A stretch of 64,000 nt of DNA, from the NCBI GenBank assembly GCA_963758295.1, contig CAVWUU010000004.1:544001-608000 (forward strand). Reading direction: 5' to 3'. This DNA is from Candidatus Eremiobacteria bacterium. Its GTDB lineage: Bacteria; Vulcanimicrobiota; Vulcanimicrobiia; Vulcanimicrobiales; Vulcanimicrobiaceae. The notes below the pieces were generated by a model that was not told where the DNA came from, ran no database searches, and worked only from the letters and a program-made list of their open reading frames with translations. This document shows, piece after piece, positions 31,205-41,450 of the stretch (positions are counted from its first letter, which is position 1; each line of letters starts with the position of its first letter). The translations under genes were made by a program, and so were the position numbers.

Positions 31205-32329
31205 ATGAGATCGGAGCCTCTGCGCGCCCTCATCGCCCTCGAATGGATTGCGATGATCTCGGCGTTCATGCTCGATATCATCTTTGTGCTTGCGCATGTC
31301 AACAGCAACCCCAAAGATCCGCGCTCGCTCGCAATCTTCATTGCGGTTTTTTGTGTCGCCGCGGCGGCGATCTTCAGTTGTCCGCATACGCCCCACCGTC
31401 GCTATTTCGCCGTGGTAATCGCATTATTGGCCAGCGGCGCCCTAATGGACGTTCCAACACAGACGTCGTCATCGCTCTTCTTGCTCCTCATCCTTGCGGC
31501 ACGCCTCACGTTTGCTTTTGGGTCCCGGGGCGCCGCCCTCGCGTGGGCAGTCGGTGTGATAAGCGAAGTTGCGGGAATAGCCTGGGACTATGCGATGAAA
31601 CCGACGGAGAGCAATCTCACACAGGCTTCGGCAAGTGCTTTTCTTTGGGGCCTCTTGTTTACGTTCTTCTTCGGACTCATCGGCATCATGTCGCTGTACG
31701 CCAGAAAAAGCATCGAAACGGCGACCGAGGCTGAGCGCACGCGGATTGCTCTGGACCTTCACGATTCGCTTGGTCATACGCTTACCACGCTGAACGTTCA
31801 CCTGCAGAATGCCATCGCTCTTAACGAGGTCGATAAACAAAAGACGCGGCTGTATTTAGAGCGAGCCGGCAATCTCGCGATTAGCGCCCTCGACGATGTG
31901 CGCGAGACCGTGACGATTCTCCACGACGATGATGCGGAACAATTTCCTGTTACGCAATTGCTTGAGCAACTACGCACGGATTTTACTGCGGCGCTTTCGA
32001 TCAATCTCGAGTGGAACGTTCGAATGGATGAGGATCTACAAGGGCGTTCTGCGATGGCGCTGTACCGCATCGTGCAGGAAGCACTCACGAACATCGTCAG
32101 GCACGCTCACGCGCGGAACGTAAGCGTGCGGATCGCTACGAGTAAGCAGACTGTCGAGGTACATATTTCCGATGATGGCCGCGGCTTTTCGGAGGAGCAT
32201 GGCGATGGTCACGGGCTCATCTCGATGCGCAATCGCATCGAATCGCTCGGTGGAACTATAACGATTGAATCGTGTGAAGGCGCCGGTACGCGCATAGACC
32301 TAACGTTCCCGACGGCCGGAAACGCATGA
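31205..32329 (+). CDS. Membrane sensor histidine kinase (HisKA_3, NarX/DesK-like)
   Basis: ERTRIALDLHDSLGH, QEALTNIVRHA, DDGRGF, GHGLISMRNR. Confidence 0.92.
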   Translation: MRSEPLRALIALEWIAMISAFMLDIIFVLAHVNSNPKDPRSLAIFIAVFCVAAAAIFSCPHTPHRRYFAVVIALLASGALMDVPTQTSSSLFLLLILAARLTFAFGSRGAALAWAVGVISEVAGIAWDYAMKPTESNLTQASASAFLWGLLFTFFFGLIGIMSLYARKSIETATEAERTRIALDLHDSLGHTLTTLNVHLQNAIALNEVDKQKTRLYLERAGNLAISALDDVRETVTILHDDDAEQFPVTQLLEQLRTDFTAALSINLEWNVRMDEDLQGRSAMALYRIVQEALTNIVRHAHARNVSVRIATSKQTVEVHISDDGRGFSEEHGDGHGLISMRNRIESLGGTITIESCEGAGTRIDLTFPTAGNA

Positions 32330-32970
32330 AGATTCTTCTTGCCGACGATCAGGCGGACTTCCGCTCAAGTCTTGCCGATTTACTCTCGCGCGTTCCCGGC
32401 ATTGAGGTCGTCGGCGAAGCAAGTAATGGAAAAGAAGCCGAGTCGCTCGCAATGCATTTGCGGCCAGACGTGACGCTCATGGATATTCGAATGCCGGTGC
32501 TTGATGGCATTGCGGCGACCGCGGCTATCCGCCACGCATGGAAGGACGCGTGCATCCTTGTTCTCACAACGTTCGACGAGGACTCGTTGATTGAAGCGGC
32601 AATGCGTGCCGGCGCAACCGGTTATCTCCTCAAAGGCACACCGCTCGACGACCTGATCGCCATTCTTCATCTGGCACGCCGGGGCTACACCGCGATTGGA
32701 AGAGGCTCCGTCCGCGAACGACCGGTTCCAGCCGATGACGAGCTGAGCAAACGCGCTGCTCTGCTTTCGGATCGCGAAAGACAGGTATGGGCGCTCATCG
32801 GCCAGGGGCACACGAATGGCGACATCGCGGAACGTCTACACCTCACTAAGGGTACGGTCAAGAACTACGTTACGACGATCCTCGGCACTCTACAGGTGCG
32901 GCACCGAACTGAGGCGGCGCTACTCTGGAGGCACGCGCAGGGCCGGCGCGGCATTTCGACTTGCACGTAA
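32326..32970 (+). CDS. NarL/LuxR response regulator
   Basis: LADD, DVTLMDIRMP, LTTFD, GYLLK and a LuxR HTH. Confidence 0.93.
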   Translation: MKILLADDQADFRSSLADLLSRVPGIEVVGEASNGKEAESLAMHLRPDVTLMDIRMPVLDGIAATAAIRHAWKDACILVLTTFDEDSLIEAAMRAGATGYLLKGTPLDDLIAILHLARRGYTAIGRGSVRERPVPADDELSKRAALLSDRERQVWALIGQGHTNGDIAERLHLTKGTVKNYVTTILGTLQVRHRTEAALLWRHAQGRRGISTCT

Positions 32971-32971
32971 T

Positions 32972-33082
32972 GGTGAAGTACGAGAGCGCGGATGCGAAGG
33001 CGATCGTTCTCGAGCGGTTTTATCAGAGATCGGCGTTGGCGGCGGTGAGGTGCGCATGTCCTTCGACAGGCTCAGGATGACG
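32972..33082 (+). repeat. Direct repeat copy 2 (orphan ligase 3' end + REP)
   Basis: Reads VKYESADAKAIVLERF versus the ligase end VKYKSADAKAMVRERF, followed by the same REP. Confidence 0.85.
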
Positions 33083-33195
33083 GAGGCGACGAGGATTGGA
33101 AGCAAGGAGCTAAGGGGTTGTCAACTGCCCGGAACGTCCGCTAGAGCCTCCCCACACAAGCGTTTCCGCGCCGACGGAGCGGGTACCAAGGTCAG

Positions 33196-33279
33196 ATGGA
33201 ATCTCTGCCGCTGCGTCGCACCGAAGTTCGGCTTCCGGATGGCCGGTATCTGATTTTCTATTCGCGCGAGCGGCGATAG
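33196..33279 (+). CDS. 27-aa micro-ORF coupled to galT
   Basis: MESLPLRRTEVRLPDGRYLIFYSRERR*; its TAG overlaps the galT GTG (TAGTG). Confidence 0.55.
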   Translation: MESLPLRRTEVRLPDGRYLIFYSRERR

Positions 33280-34250
33280 TGTCGGAACTGCGGTGGAACC
33301 GCTTGCTCGGACAGTGGATCGCAACGGCGACTCACCGGCAAGAGCGAACGTTTTTGCCTCCGCGGGAATACTGCCCGCTGTGTCCCACGCGCGACGACGC
33401 CTTTGCGACGGAAGTTCCCGCAGCGTCGTACGACATCGTGGTCTTCCAAAACCGCTTCCCAAGCTTGAGTTTGCCGCCGCCGGAAATGGCCGTTGAACCC
33501 GGCTCGTTCTTCAACGCCGCTCCATCGAAGGGTGTATGCGAAGTGGTGCTATACACCGACGACCACCACGCGACGTTTGCCGATCTCTCGCCGGAACGCG
33601 TTGAGGACGTGATTGCGGTGTGGCAGGAACGCACGGCGGCACTCGGGTCGCTCCACGATATTCAGTACGTCTTCATCTTCGAAAACAAAGGCGAAGCGGT
33701 CGGCGTGACGCTCCATCATCCGCACGGACAGATCTACGCGTATTCTTTCGTTCCGCCGATCATCGCCACGGAGTGCGCACAGCTGGCGGGTTACCGCAAC
33801 GACACCGGGCGCTGCTTGTTGTGCGACTCGCTTCGCGAGGAACTGAAAAACGCCGAGCGCGTCGTCTTCGAAAACGATTCATTTGTGGCCTATGTGCCGT
33901 TTGCGGCCCGGTGGCCGTATGAGGTGCACGTCGTGGGAAAACGCCACTTCGGCGCGTTGCCGGAACTTTCGGCTGCCGAACGGCGCGATTTAGCGGCGAT
34001 GCTGCTTGAGCTGACGGCCGCATACGATGCATTGTTTTCCCGATCGTTTCCCTACGTTATGGCGTTGCATCAAGCACCCGCGAAAGAACTGGACGAACTT
34101 TCGCATTTCCACATCGAGTTCTATCCGCCGATGCGATCGGAGTCGCGTTTGAAGTACCTGGCCGGGTCTGAAATCGGCGCGGGCATGTTCATCAACGACA
34201 CGCTGCCCGAAGAGACCGCGCAACGGCTGCGAGATGCCCGAAAGGCGTGA
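33279..34250 (+). CDS. galT: Galactose-1-phosphate uridylyltransferase
   Basis: CPLCP, NRFP, FENKG...GVTLHHPHGQIY. Confidence 0.95.
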   Translation: MSELRWNRLLGQWIATATHRQERTFLPPREYCPLCPTRDDAFATEVPAASYDIVVFQNRFPSLSLPPPEMAVEPGSFFNAAPSKGVCEVVLYTDDHHATFADLSPERVEDVIAVWQERTAALGSLHDIQYVFIFENKGEAVGVTLHHPHGQIYAYSFVPPIIATECAQLAGYRNDTGRCLLCDSLREELKNAERVVFENDSFVAYVPFAARWPYEVHVVGKRHFGALPELSAAERRDLAAMLLELTAAYDALFSRSFPYVMALHQAPAKELDELSHFHIEFYPPMRSESRLKYLAGSEIGAGMFINDTLPEETAQRLRDARKA

Positions 34251-35398
34251 TGCTTCGCGACCGCGTCATAGAGGAGCACCATCGCCGGTTCGGCACGGTA
34301 CCGGCACTGTATGCCGCACCCGGGCGCGTAAATCTGATTGGCGAGCATACCGATTATAACGACGGCTTCGTGCTGCCAATGGCGATCGAACGCGAAACCA
34401 TCGCGGGCATTGCTGCGAACGATCGTCGCGAGCATCGCGTTCACTCTCTCGAATTGCGGGAGACCGCGCATTTCTCGCTCGAGCAGCCGTTTGCGCGCCG
34501 AGGCGATTGGAGCGACTACGCCGGCGGGATGCTCGCGGCACTACGTGAAGACGTTCCGTTCGACACGGCGTTCGACATGACGATCGGCAGCACGATTCCG
34601 CTCGGCGCGGGGCTTTCTTCTTCCGCCGCATTCGAAATAGCGATTGCGCGCGCCGTTTTCGCCGCTTCAAATGTCGACGCACCCGGCGAGCGGCTTGCTC
34701 TGGTAGGGCGTCGCGCCGAGCATGACTTCGTGGGCATCCGCAGCGGCGCCATGGATCAAATGGTTTGCGCGCTGGCGCAGAAAGGGTGCACGTTTTTCCT
34801 AGACTGCCGCTCCTTGACCTATGCGCACATTGCGATGCCGGCAGGCGCCGGCGTGGTCGTGATGCATAGCGGCGTCAAACATTCGCTCGCATCTTCCGAG
34901 TACAACGTGCGGCGCGAGCAATGCGAAACGGCCGTCGCTTTGATGCGGGATCTCGGCGCCCCAATCGACGCGTTGCGCGATCTAACGCCGGAGGCGTTTC
35001 AGCCGTACGAGTCACGGCTGCCGTCGCCGGCGCGGGAACGTGCGCGCCACGTGATCTACGAAAACGCGCGCACGCTCGATGCCGTGCGTGCTCTGGAGAT
35101 CGGCGATTTGCCGCAGCTTGGGCGTTTGATGAACGAATCGCACGAGTCGCTGCGGGCGTTATACGAAGTGAGCACTCCGGAGCTTGACGATCTTGCGCAG
35201 ATCGCACGAAACGTCGACGGTGCGTTCGGTGCGCGAATGACCGGGGGCGGGTTCGGCGGCTGCGTTATCGCCTTGGCAAGCGAGACCTCGGTCAACCGCG
35301 TGCAAGACGTGGTCCGCGGCGCATACTATGAAGCCAGAAACATCGAGCCGGTGATGTTTGTCACCCGGGCGAGCGAAGGCGCCGCATCGACGGCTTAA
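34247..35398 (+). CDS. galK: Galactokinase
   Basis: APGRVNLIGEHTDYNDG, PLGAGLSSSAA, GARMTGGGFGGC. Confidence 0.96.
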   Translation: MMLRDRVIEEHHRRFGTVPALYAAPGRVNLIGEHTDYNDGFVLPMAIERETIAGIAANDRREHRVHSLELRETAHFSLEQPFARRGDWSDYAGGMLAALREDVPFDTAFDMTIGSTIPLGAGLSSSAAFEIAIARAVFAASNVDAPGERLALVGRRAEHDFVGIRSGAMDQMVCALAQKGCTFFLDCRSLTYAHIAMPAGAGVVVMHSGVKHSLASSEYNVRREQCETAVALMRDLGAPIDALRDLTPEAFQPYESRLPSPARERARHVIYENARTLDAVRALEIGDLPQLGRLMNESHESLRALYEVSTPELDDLAQIARNVDGAFGARMTGGGFGGCVIALASETSVNRVQDVVRGAYYEARNIEPVMFVTRASEGAASTA

Positions 35399-35430
35399 AT
35401 GCAAAAAACCGCGAACCGATAACGTCATAG

Positions 35431-36948
35431 TTGAGACTAGCCAAACCGACCTACGCAAACCCCGTGCATCGCGGAGATTACCCCGATCCCTCGATCGTTC
35501 GCGTTGGGAAAAACGACTTCTGGGCGACCGTGACGTCGACGGAGTGGGCGCCGCATTTTCCATTGCTGCACTCCAAAGACTTGATTCACTGGGAGCAGGT
35601 CGATGCGGTCTTCACCGAGCGGCCCAACTGGTCGCGCGGTAAATTTTGGGCGCCGGAAATCTCAATGCACGACGGCCGCTTCTACGTCTATTACGTTGCC
35701 GAACACACCGATGGGCCGCTTACCGTTGCCGTCGCGACGGCGGACCGTCCTGAAGGCCCGTACACCGATCATGGTCCGCTTGTCGGCCAAGCGTCCGGCT
35801 CCATTGACCCTACGACGATCGCCGGCGAAGACGGGCGCGTCTACCTTCTTTGGAAAGAAGACGGCAACAGCCGGGGATTGCCAACAACGATTTGGATTCA
35901 GCCTCTAAGCGATGACGGGCTCTCGCTAACCGGCGAGGCGGTCGCCATTTTGCAAAACGACTGCGCATGGGAAGGCGACGTCGTCGAAGGCCCGAGCGTT
36001 ATCCGCCGCGGCGGCTGGTTCTATTTGTTTTACTCCGGCAATGCGTGCTGCGGAGCGGATTGTAAGTATGCCGTCGGCGTAGCGCGTGCGCGTTCCGTTC
36101 TTGGGCCCTGGGAAAAGTACGGCCAAAATCCCGTAATCGATAGCAATGCGCAATGGCGCTGTCCGGGCCACGGCAGCGTGGTCGATACCGCTGACGGGCG
36201 CACGTTTTATCTCTACCACGCCTACTCGCGCAGTGGCTCGATTTACGTTGGCCGGCAAGTCTTGCTGGACGCAATTGAGTGGTCCGGCGATTGGCCGGTT
36301 GTAAACGGCGGCAACGGCCCAAGTTCGGTGGCCGCCGCTCCGTTTCGGCGCGCGCAGCGGCGCGCAAGCGGCAAATCTGTGTGGCAGTGGCCGCACACGA
36401 CGCGCCCGCGTGTCGTGCGTCACCCTTTGCGCCGCGGCATGTTCATAAGCGACAGTGCCGAGGCTTCGACCGGCGATATCTTAGGGTGCGTACTTGCGCG
36501 CCCGATTCTCGAAACCGAATACCACGCCGAAACAGGCATCTCGATTCGCTCCCTAAAGCCCGGCGTTCAAGCCGGTCTAACGGCATTCGGCGACATTGAC
36601 AATGCCGTTGGTGTCGGGATTCGCGATGGGATTGTTGTTGTATGGCGACGTTCGCGCGGACGTCATCGCGAAGTTTCAACTGTCCCGGTAAAGCGATGCA
36701 CGACCGTTCGCTTCCGCATGCACGTGACCAACGGTTACGAATACCGTTTTTCCTATAGTCTCGATGGCCGTCGCTGGCACGACATCGAGCCCGTGGTACG
36801 TGCGCCGCATCTCACGCCGTGGGATCGCGGCATCCGCGTTGCGCTTACCGTTGGCGGAGTGGCCAACGCAAAAGCGCGATTTAAATGGTTCGCAATGCGT
36901 TCGTCTCGACCGGACGGCTCGTTGCTGCGTCGCATCGCTTCATTGTAA
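35431..36948 (+). CDS. Glycoside hydrolase family 43 with C-terminal beta-sandwich
   Basis: YPDPSI, WAPEI, SIDP, VEGP, GHGSVV. Confidence 0.9.
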   Translation: MRLAKPTYANPVHRGDYPDPSIVRVGKNDFWATVTSTEWAPHFPLLHSKDLIHWEQVDAVFTERPNWSRGKFWAPEISMHDGRFYVYYVAEHTDGPLTVAVATADRPEGPYTDHGPLVGQASGSIDPTTIAGEDGRVYLLWKEDGNSRGLPTTIWIQPLSDDGLSLTGEAVAILQNDCAWEGDVVEGPSVIRRGGWFYLFYSGNACCGADCKYAVGVARARSVLGPWEKYGQNPVIDSNAQWRCPGHGSVVDTADGRTFYLYHAYSRSGSIYVGRQVLLDAIEWSGDWPVVNGGNGPSSVAAAPFRRAQRRASGKSVWQWPHTTRPRVVRHPLRRGMFISDSAEASTGDILGCVLARPILETEYHAETGISIRSLKPGVQAGLTAFGDIDNAVGVGIRDGIVVVWRRSRGRHREVSTVPVKRCTTVRFRMHVTNGYEYRFSYSLDGRRWHDIEPVVRAPHLTPWDRGIRVALTVGGVANAKARFKWFAMRSSRPDGSLLRRIASL

Positions 36949-36992
36949 GAAACCGACACCACGCGTTTGCGATGTCGTCGTTCGCGGTAACG

Positions 36993-38099
36993 ATGCACAT
37001 GGCAAGCCCGTTGCATCCAGTCCTTTGTTTTTCGCATCTGCGCTGGAATTTCGTATTCCAGCGGCCTCAGCACGTAATGACGCGTCTTGCAAACATGCGT
37101 CCCGTGTACTTCATCGAGGAACCGGTTTACACTCAGGCATCTTCGCGTTTTGATGCGCGCGTAGATGGGCGCGTAACGATTCTGCAACCGCAGCTTCGCG
37201 AAGGATGCGATCCCATTGCAGAACAGCAAGGCTTACTCGACACATACTTCGGCACAACGCCGGCGGAAACCGTGTTGTGGTATTACACCCCCATGGCGTT
37301 GCCGTTTAGTTCGCATCTCAAAGGCGTGCGCGTCTATGACTGCATGGACGAGCTCTCGCTCTTTGCCGGTGCGCCCGACGATTTGCCGCAACGCGAACAA
37401 GACTTGCTTCGTGCCTCGGACGTGGTCTTTACCGGCGGCAAGACGCTGTACTATGCGAAGCGCAAGAGTCACCGCAACGTTCATTGCTTTCCGAGCGCGG
37501 TCGACCGCGACCATTTCACGTATCGTGCGCGGCCCCTCCCGGACGACATGCCGCGTGGGCGTCCGGCGATCGGGTATTACGGCGTCATCGACGAACGCTT
37601 CGATGCACGGTACGTCGGAGAACTGGCAACGCTGCTGCACGACTGGAACGTTTGTATTGTCGGCCCGGTCGTGAAGATCGATCCCTCGATACTGCCGCAA
37701 GCGCAAAACATTCACTACCTCGGCATGAAGTCGTACGACGCATTGCCCGCCTACTTAGATAACTGGAACGTCGCGTTCTTGCCGTTTGCACTGAACAACG
37801 CGACGCGTTTCATCAGTCCAACGAAGACGCTGGAATATCTCGCCGCCGGGAAGCCCGTGATCTCCACGCCGATCGCCGATGTCGTTGACCCTTATGGCAC
37901 CGAGGGAATCGTTGCCATCGCAGAAACCGCCGAGAAAGCATCACGTTACGCGCGCGCCATGCTAAGCAATCGTCCTGCTTCGGCATGGGAAGCGCGCGTT
38001 GATTCAATTCTGCGCGCTGCAACGTGGGACTCGACGGTGGAAAAGATGGCGGCGCTCGTTGCAACGGCGGCCGCCGCATCCGTCGAGGTGGCCGGATGA
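36993..38099 (+). CDS. Glycosyltransferase (GT-B, glf-associated)
   Basis: CFSHLRWNFVFQRPQH, YDCMDELS, TRFISPTKTLEYLAAGKPV. Confidence 0.88.
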   Translation: MHMASPLHPVLCFSHLRWNFVFQRPQHVMTRLANMRPVYFIEEPVYTQASSRFDARVDGRVTILQPQLREGCDPIAEQQGLLDTYFGTTPAETVLWYYTPMALPFSSHLKGVRVYDCMDELSLFAGAPDDLPQREQDLLRASDVVFTGGKTLYYAKRKSHRNVHCFPSAVDRDHFTYRARPLPDDMPRGRPAIGYYGVIDERFDARYVGELATLLHDWNVCIVGPVVKIDPSILPQAQNIHYLGMKSYDALPAYLDNWNVAFLPFALNNATRFISPTKTLEYLAAGKPVISTPIADVVDPYGTEGIVAIAETAEKASRYARAMLSNRPASAWEARVDSILRAATWDSTVEKMAALVATAAAASVEVAG

Positions 38100-39220
38100 A
38101 ACCTGCGGCAATCGATTATCTCATCGTCGGCGCGGGATTTGCCGGAAGCGTCATGGCCGAGCGTCTTGCGCGCGATGCCGGAAAGCGTGTGCTCCTCGTC
38201 GACCGCCGGTCCCACGTCGGGGGCAACGCCTACGATTGCCGCAACGCCGATGGCATCCTGATCCATCAGTACGGTCCGCATATCTTTCACACTAACTCCG
38301 CCGACGTCTTTGCTTACCTTTCGCGATTCACGGCCTGGCGTCCGTACGAACATCGGGTGCTCGCGTCGGTGCGCGGAAAGCTGCTGCCCATGCCGATCAA
38401 CCTCGATACGATCAACGGGCTCTACGGGCTGCATCTGACGGAAGAGGAGCTGCCGGAGTTCTTCGAGCGGCGCGCCGAGCCGATGGAGCAAATCCGTACG
38501 TCTGAAGACGCGGTCGTGTCGCGCATCGGTCGAGAACTCTACGAGCTGTTTTTCCAAGGGTATACGCGCAAGCAGTGGGGCTTGGACCCAAGCGAACTCG
38601 ACGCCTCGGTAACGTCGCGCATTCCGGTGCGAACGAACGACGACGATCGGTATTTCGGCGATCGTTTTCAAGCGATGCCGCTTCACGGCTATACCGCGAT
38701 GTTCGAGAAGATGCTCGACCATCCGAACATCGAGATTGCCGTGGGCGTGGAATACCGGGACGTTGTGCGTGATACGCGAGGCGCAGAAATCATCTTCACG
38801 GGGCCGGTAGATGAGTTCTTCGACTACCGCTTTGGCCCGCTGCCCTATCGTTCGCTTCGCTTCGAGCATCAAACCTTACCGCGCGAGTGGCATCAGCCCG
38901 TTGCGGTGGTCAATTACCCGAATGACCGCTCGTACACGCGCGTAACCGAATATAAGCATCTCACTGGACAATCACATCCAAAGACGAGCGTAACGTTCGA
39001 GTACTCGCAGGCCGAGGGCGACCCATACTATCCGGTCCCACGTCCGGCAAACGCGCAGTTGTACGCCAAGTACAAGGCTCTCGCCGATGCCACAGCCGGC
39101 GTTCGCTTTATCGGACGTTTGGCAACGTATAAATACTACAACATGGATCAGGTCGTCGCGCAGGCGCTTACTGCGTACGCAAAAATGCGAGGAGCGGCGG
39201 CATGGGTCGACGTGGCATAG
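38096..39220 (+). CDS. glf: UDP-galactopyranose mutase
   Basis: IVGAGFAG, GGNAYD, YGPHIFHT, YTRKQWG, GRLATYKYYNMDQ. Confidence 0.96.
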   Translation: MKPAAIDYLIVGAGFAGSVMAERLARDAGKRVLLVDRRSHVGGNAYDCRNADGILIHQYGPHIFHTNSADVFAYLSRFTAWRPYEHRVLASVRGKLLPMPINLDTINGLYGLHLTEEELPEFFERRAEPMEQIRTSEDAVVSRIGRELYELFFQGYTRKQWGLDPSELDASVTSRIPVRTNDDDRYFGDRFQAMPLHGYTAMFEKMLDHPNIEIAVGVEYRDVVRDTRGAEIIFTGPVDEFFDYRFGPLPYRSLRFEHQTLPREWHQPVAVVNYPNDRSYTRVTEYKHLTGQSHPKTSVTFEYSQAEGDPYYPVPRPANAQLYAKYKALADATAGVRFIGRLATYKYYNMDQVVAQALTAYAKMRGAAAWVDVA

Positions 39221-40521
39221 CGTTTTGGGGCGGCATCGAGTGCACGGTGAACCGCGTCGGCGACGCCTATTTCGACCAAGTACGGCGCACCGGGCATCAC
39301 GACCGTCTTGAAGATCTCGACCGCATCGCATCGCTCGGCGTGACGGCGGTCCGCTATCCGGTGCTCTGGGAGCGCGTGGCGCCGAACGGTCTGCATCTCG
39401 CCGATTGGTCCTGGACGGATGAACGGCTGGACCGCCTTAGAATGCTCGGTATCGAGCCGATCCTCACCCTTCTGCATCACGGCAGCGGACCACGCTATGC
39501 GACGCTGCTCGACGATGATTTTCCGGCGGAATTCGCCGCCTTTGCCGGACAAGTCGCGAGAAGATATCCATGGGTGACGAAATACACGCCGGTCAACGAA
39601 CCGCTTACGACGGCGCGCTTTACGTGCCTGTACGGGCACTGGCATCCGCATCGCCGTGACGACGCGTCGTTCGTTTCGGCGCTGCTTAACCAATGCCGCG
39701 CGACGGCGCGCGCGATGGACGCTATTCGTGAAGTAAACGCCGGCGCGGAACTCGTTCAGACCGAAGATCTCGGCAAGGTGCATGCTACCGCGCCGCTCGC
39801 ATACCAGGCGCAGTTCGAAAACGAACGCCGCTGGCTTTCGCTCGACTTGCTCTTCGGCCGTTTCGCGGAGAACGGTGCGATGTCGCGGTATTTTCAACGG
39901 CTTGGGCTTTCGCCAGACGCGAAGGCCTACGCGGATTGCCTTTCACCGCCGGACATCGTCGGCTTCAATTACTACGTTACCAGCGAAAGATTTCTGGATC
40001 ATCGCGTCGCGCTTTATCCCGAGCGTTGCCATGGCGCAAATGGGATCGATTCCTATGCCGATGTCGAGGCCGTTCGCGCGCGCCCCGAGGAACTCGACGG
40101 GTTTGCGGTGTTGGCGCGTGAGGGCGCTCGCCGTTACGATTGCGCGATCGCCGTCACCGAAGCGCAGCTCTGCGGCGAACATGGCGAACAGCTTCGGTGG
40201 GTCGACGAACTTTATCATGAAACCGCCGCCTTGTATGCATGCGGAATAGACGTGCGCGCGTTCACGCTCTGGTCGCTCTTCGGCGCATACGATTGGAATA
40301 GACTAGTCACCGCAGAGCAGGGCGACTACGAAAACGGGTGTTTCGATGTTGCGGGCCCGGGCGTTTGCGAGACGCCCCTAGCGCATTGGGCTCGCGCGCA
40401 TGCTAACGGCGATGCGTACGACCATCACGCGTTGCGCCGGCCTGGGTGGTGGCGTCACGAATCCCGCTTGCTGTATGGTGCGGCGCATGAAAATGCAGAG
40501 ACCGTTGTCAAGGTCTCCTGA
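39202..40521 (+). CDS. Family 1-like glycoside hydrolase (beta-glucosidase fold)
   Basis: WGGIECTVNR, RYPVLWE, TPVNEP, GFNYY, AVTE. Confidence 0.8.
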   Translation: MGRRGIAFWGGIECTVNRVGDAYFDQVRRTGHHDRLEDLDRIASLGVTAVRYPVLWERVAPNGLHLADWSWTDERLDRLRMLGIEPILTLLHHGSGPRYATLLDDDFPAEFAAFAGQVARRYPWVTKYTPVNEPLTTARFTCLYGHWHPHRRDDASFVSALLNQCRATARAMDAIREVNAGAELVQTEDLGKVHATAPLAYQAQFENERRWLSLDLLFGRFAENGAMSRYFQRLGLSPDAKAYADCLSPPDIVGFNYYVTSERFLDHRVALYPERCHGANGIDSYADVEAVRARPEELDGFAVLAREGARRYDCAIAVTEAQLCGEHGEQLRWVDELYHETAALYACGIDVRAFTLWSLFGAYDWNRLVTAEQGDYENGCFDVAGPGVCETPLAHWARAHANGDAYDHHALRRPGWWRHESRLLYGAAHENAETVVKVS

Positions 40522-41449
40522 TTCGGCGACTGCTGAGGATCGCTTCCAGATCGGCGATCCGCATGGTTTTCGGGTGGACGTTTTGGCCTATGGAGCAACA
40601 ATTGCGGGGATTTTCGCGCCCGATCGGGACCGGCATTACGCAAATGTCGTCTTGCATTACGCCGACGAAGCGGCGTACCGGGAGCAGCCGTGGTATCTCG
40701 GTGCGACGATCGGCCGGTACGCGAATCGCATTGCCGGCGGCTCCTTCACGCTGGACGGCACGGTATACGAGCTATCGAAGAACGAGCAGGGCGTCACTCT
40801 ACACGGCGGAGTAAATGGCTTTGATAAGGCGACGTGGGAGGTGCTTGACGCAACGCCCGACTCGCTCGTTCTGCAACACGTTAGCCCGCACGGCGACGAA
40901 GGTTTTCCCGGGACGCTCGCGGCAGCGGTGACCTTTCGGATACGAGGAAACGACACACTCGAGATCGCTTACCGTGCCACAACGTCCGCGCCGACGATCG
41001 TGAACCTCACCAATCACAGCTATTTCAATCTTACCGGCGATGCGTCGAACGGCATATGGCACCATCTTCTCCAACTACATGCATCCTCGTTTACGCCCGT
41101 CGACGCGCGCAAAATCCCGACCGGGGATATCGAGCCTGTTGCCGCAACGCTGTTGGACTATTGCCATTGGCGTGAAGTCGTTCCTATGGATTTTAACTTC
41201 GTGCTCGATGAGGCGAGCGCGCCGCGCGCAGCGGCAGAGTTGTACGACCCGACTAGCGGCCGTGCGTTGCATATCACGACGACAGAGCCGGGTATTCAAG
41301 TTTTCAGCGGCAAGGGCAACGGCATTGCGTTGGAAACTCAGCATTTTCCCGACAGCCCGCATCATCGGAACTTCCCTCCTACCGTGTTGCGCCCCGGCGA
41401 AGTGTACGAGACGACAACATCGTACGAATTCACGCAACCGTCTCCTTAA
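40487..41449 (+). CDS. galM: Aldose 1-epimerase
   Basis: GATIGRYANRI, LHGG, EGFPG, NLTNHSYFNL, ALETQHFPDS. Confidence 0.95.
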   Translation: MKMQRPLSRSPDSATAEDRFQIGDPHGFRVDVLAYGATIAGIFAPDRDRHYANVVLHYADEAAYREQPWYLGATIGRYANRIAGGSFTLDGTVYELSKNEQGVTLHGGVNGFDKATWEVLDATPDSLVLQHVSPHGDEGFPGTLAAAVTFRIRGNDTLEIAYRATTSAPTIVNLTNHSYFNLTGDASNGIWHHLLQLHASSFTPVDARKIPTGDIEPVAATLLDYCHWREVVPMDFNFVLDEASAPRAAAELYDPTSGRALHITTTEPGIQVFSGKGNGIALETQHFPDSPHHRNFPPTVLRPGEVYETTTSYEFTQPSP

Positions 41450-41450
41450 G

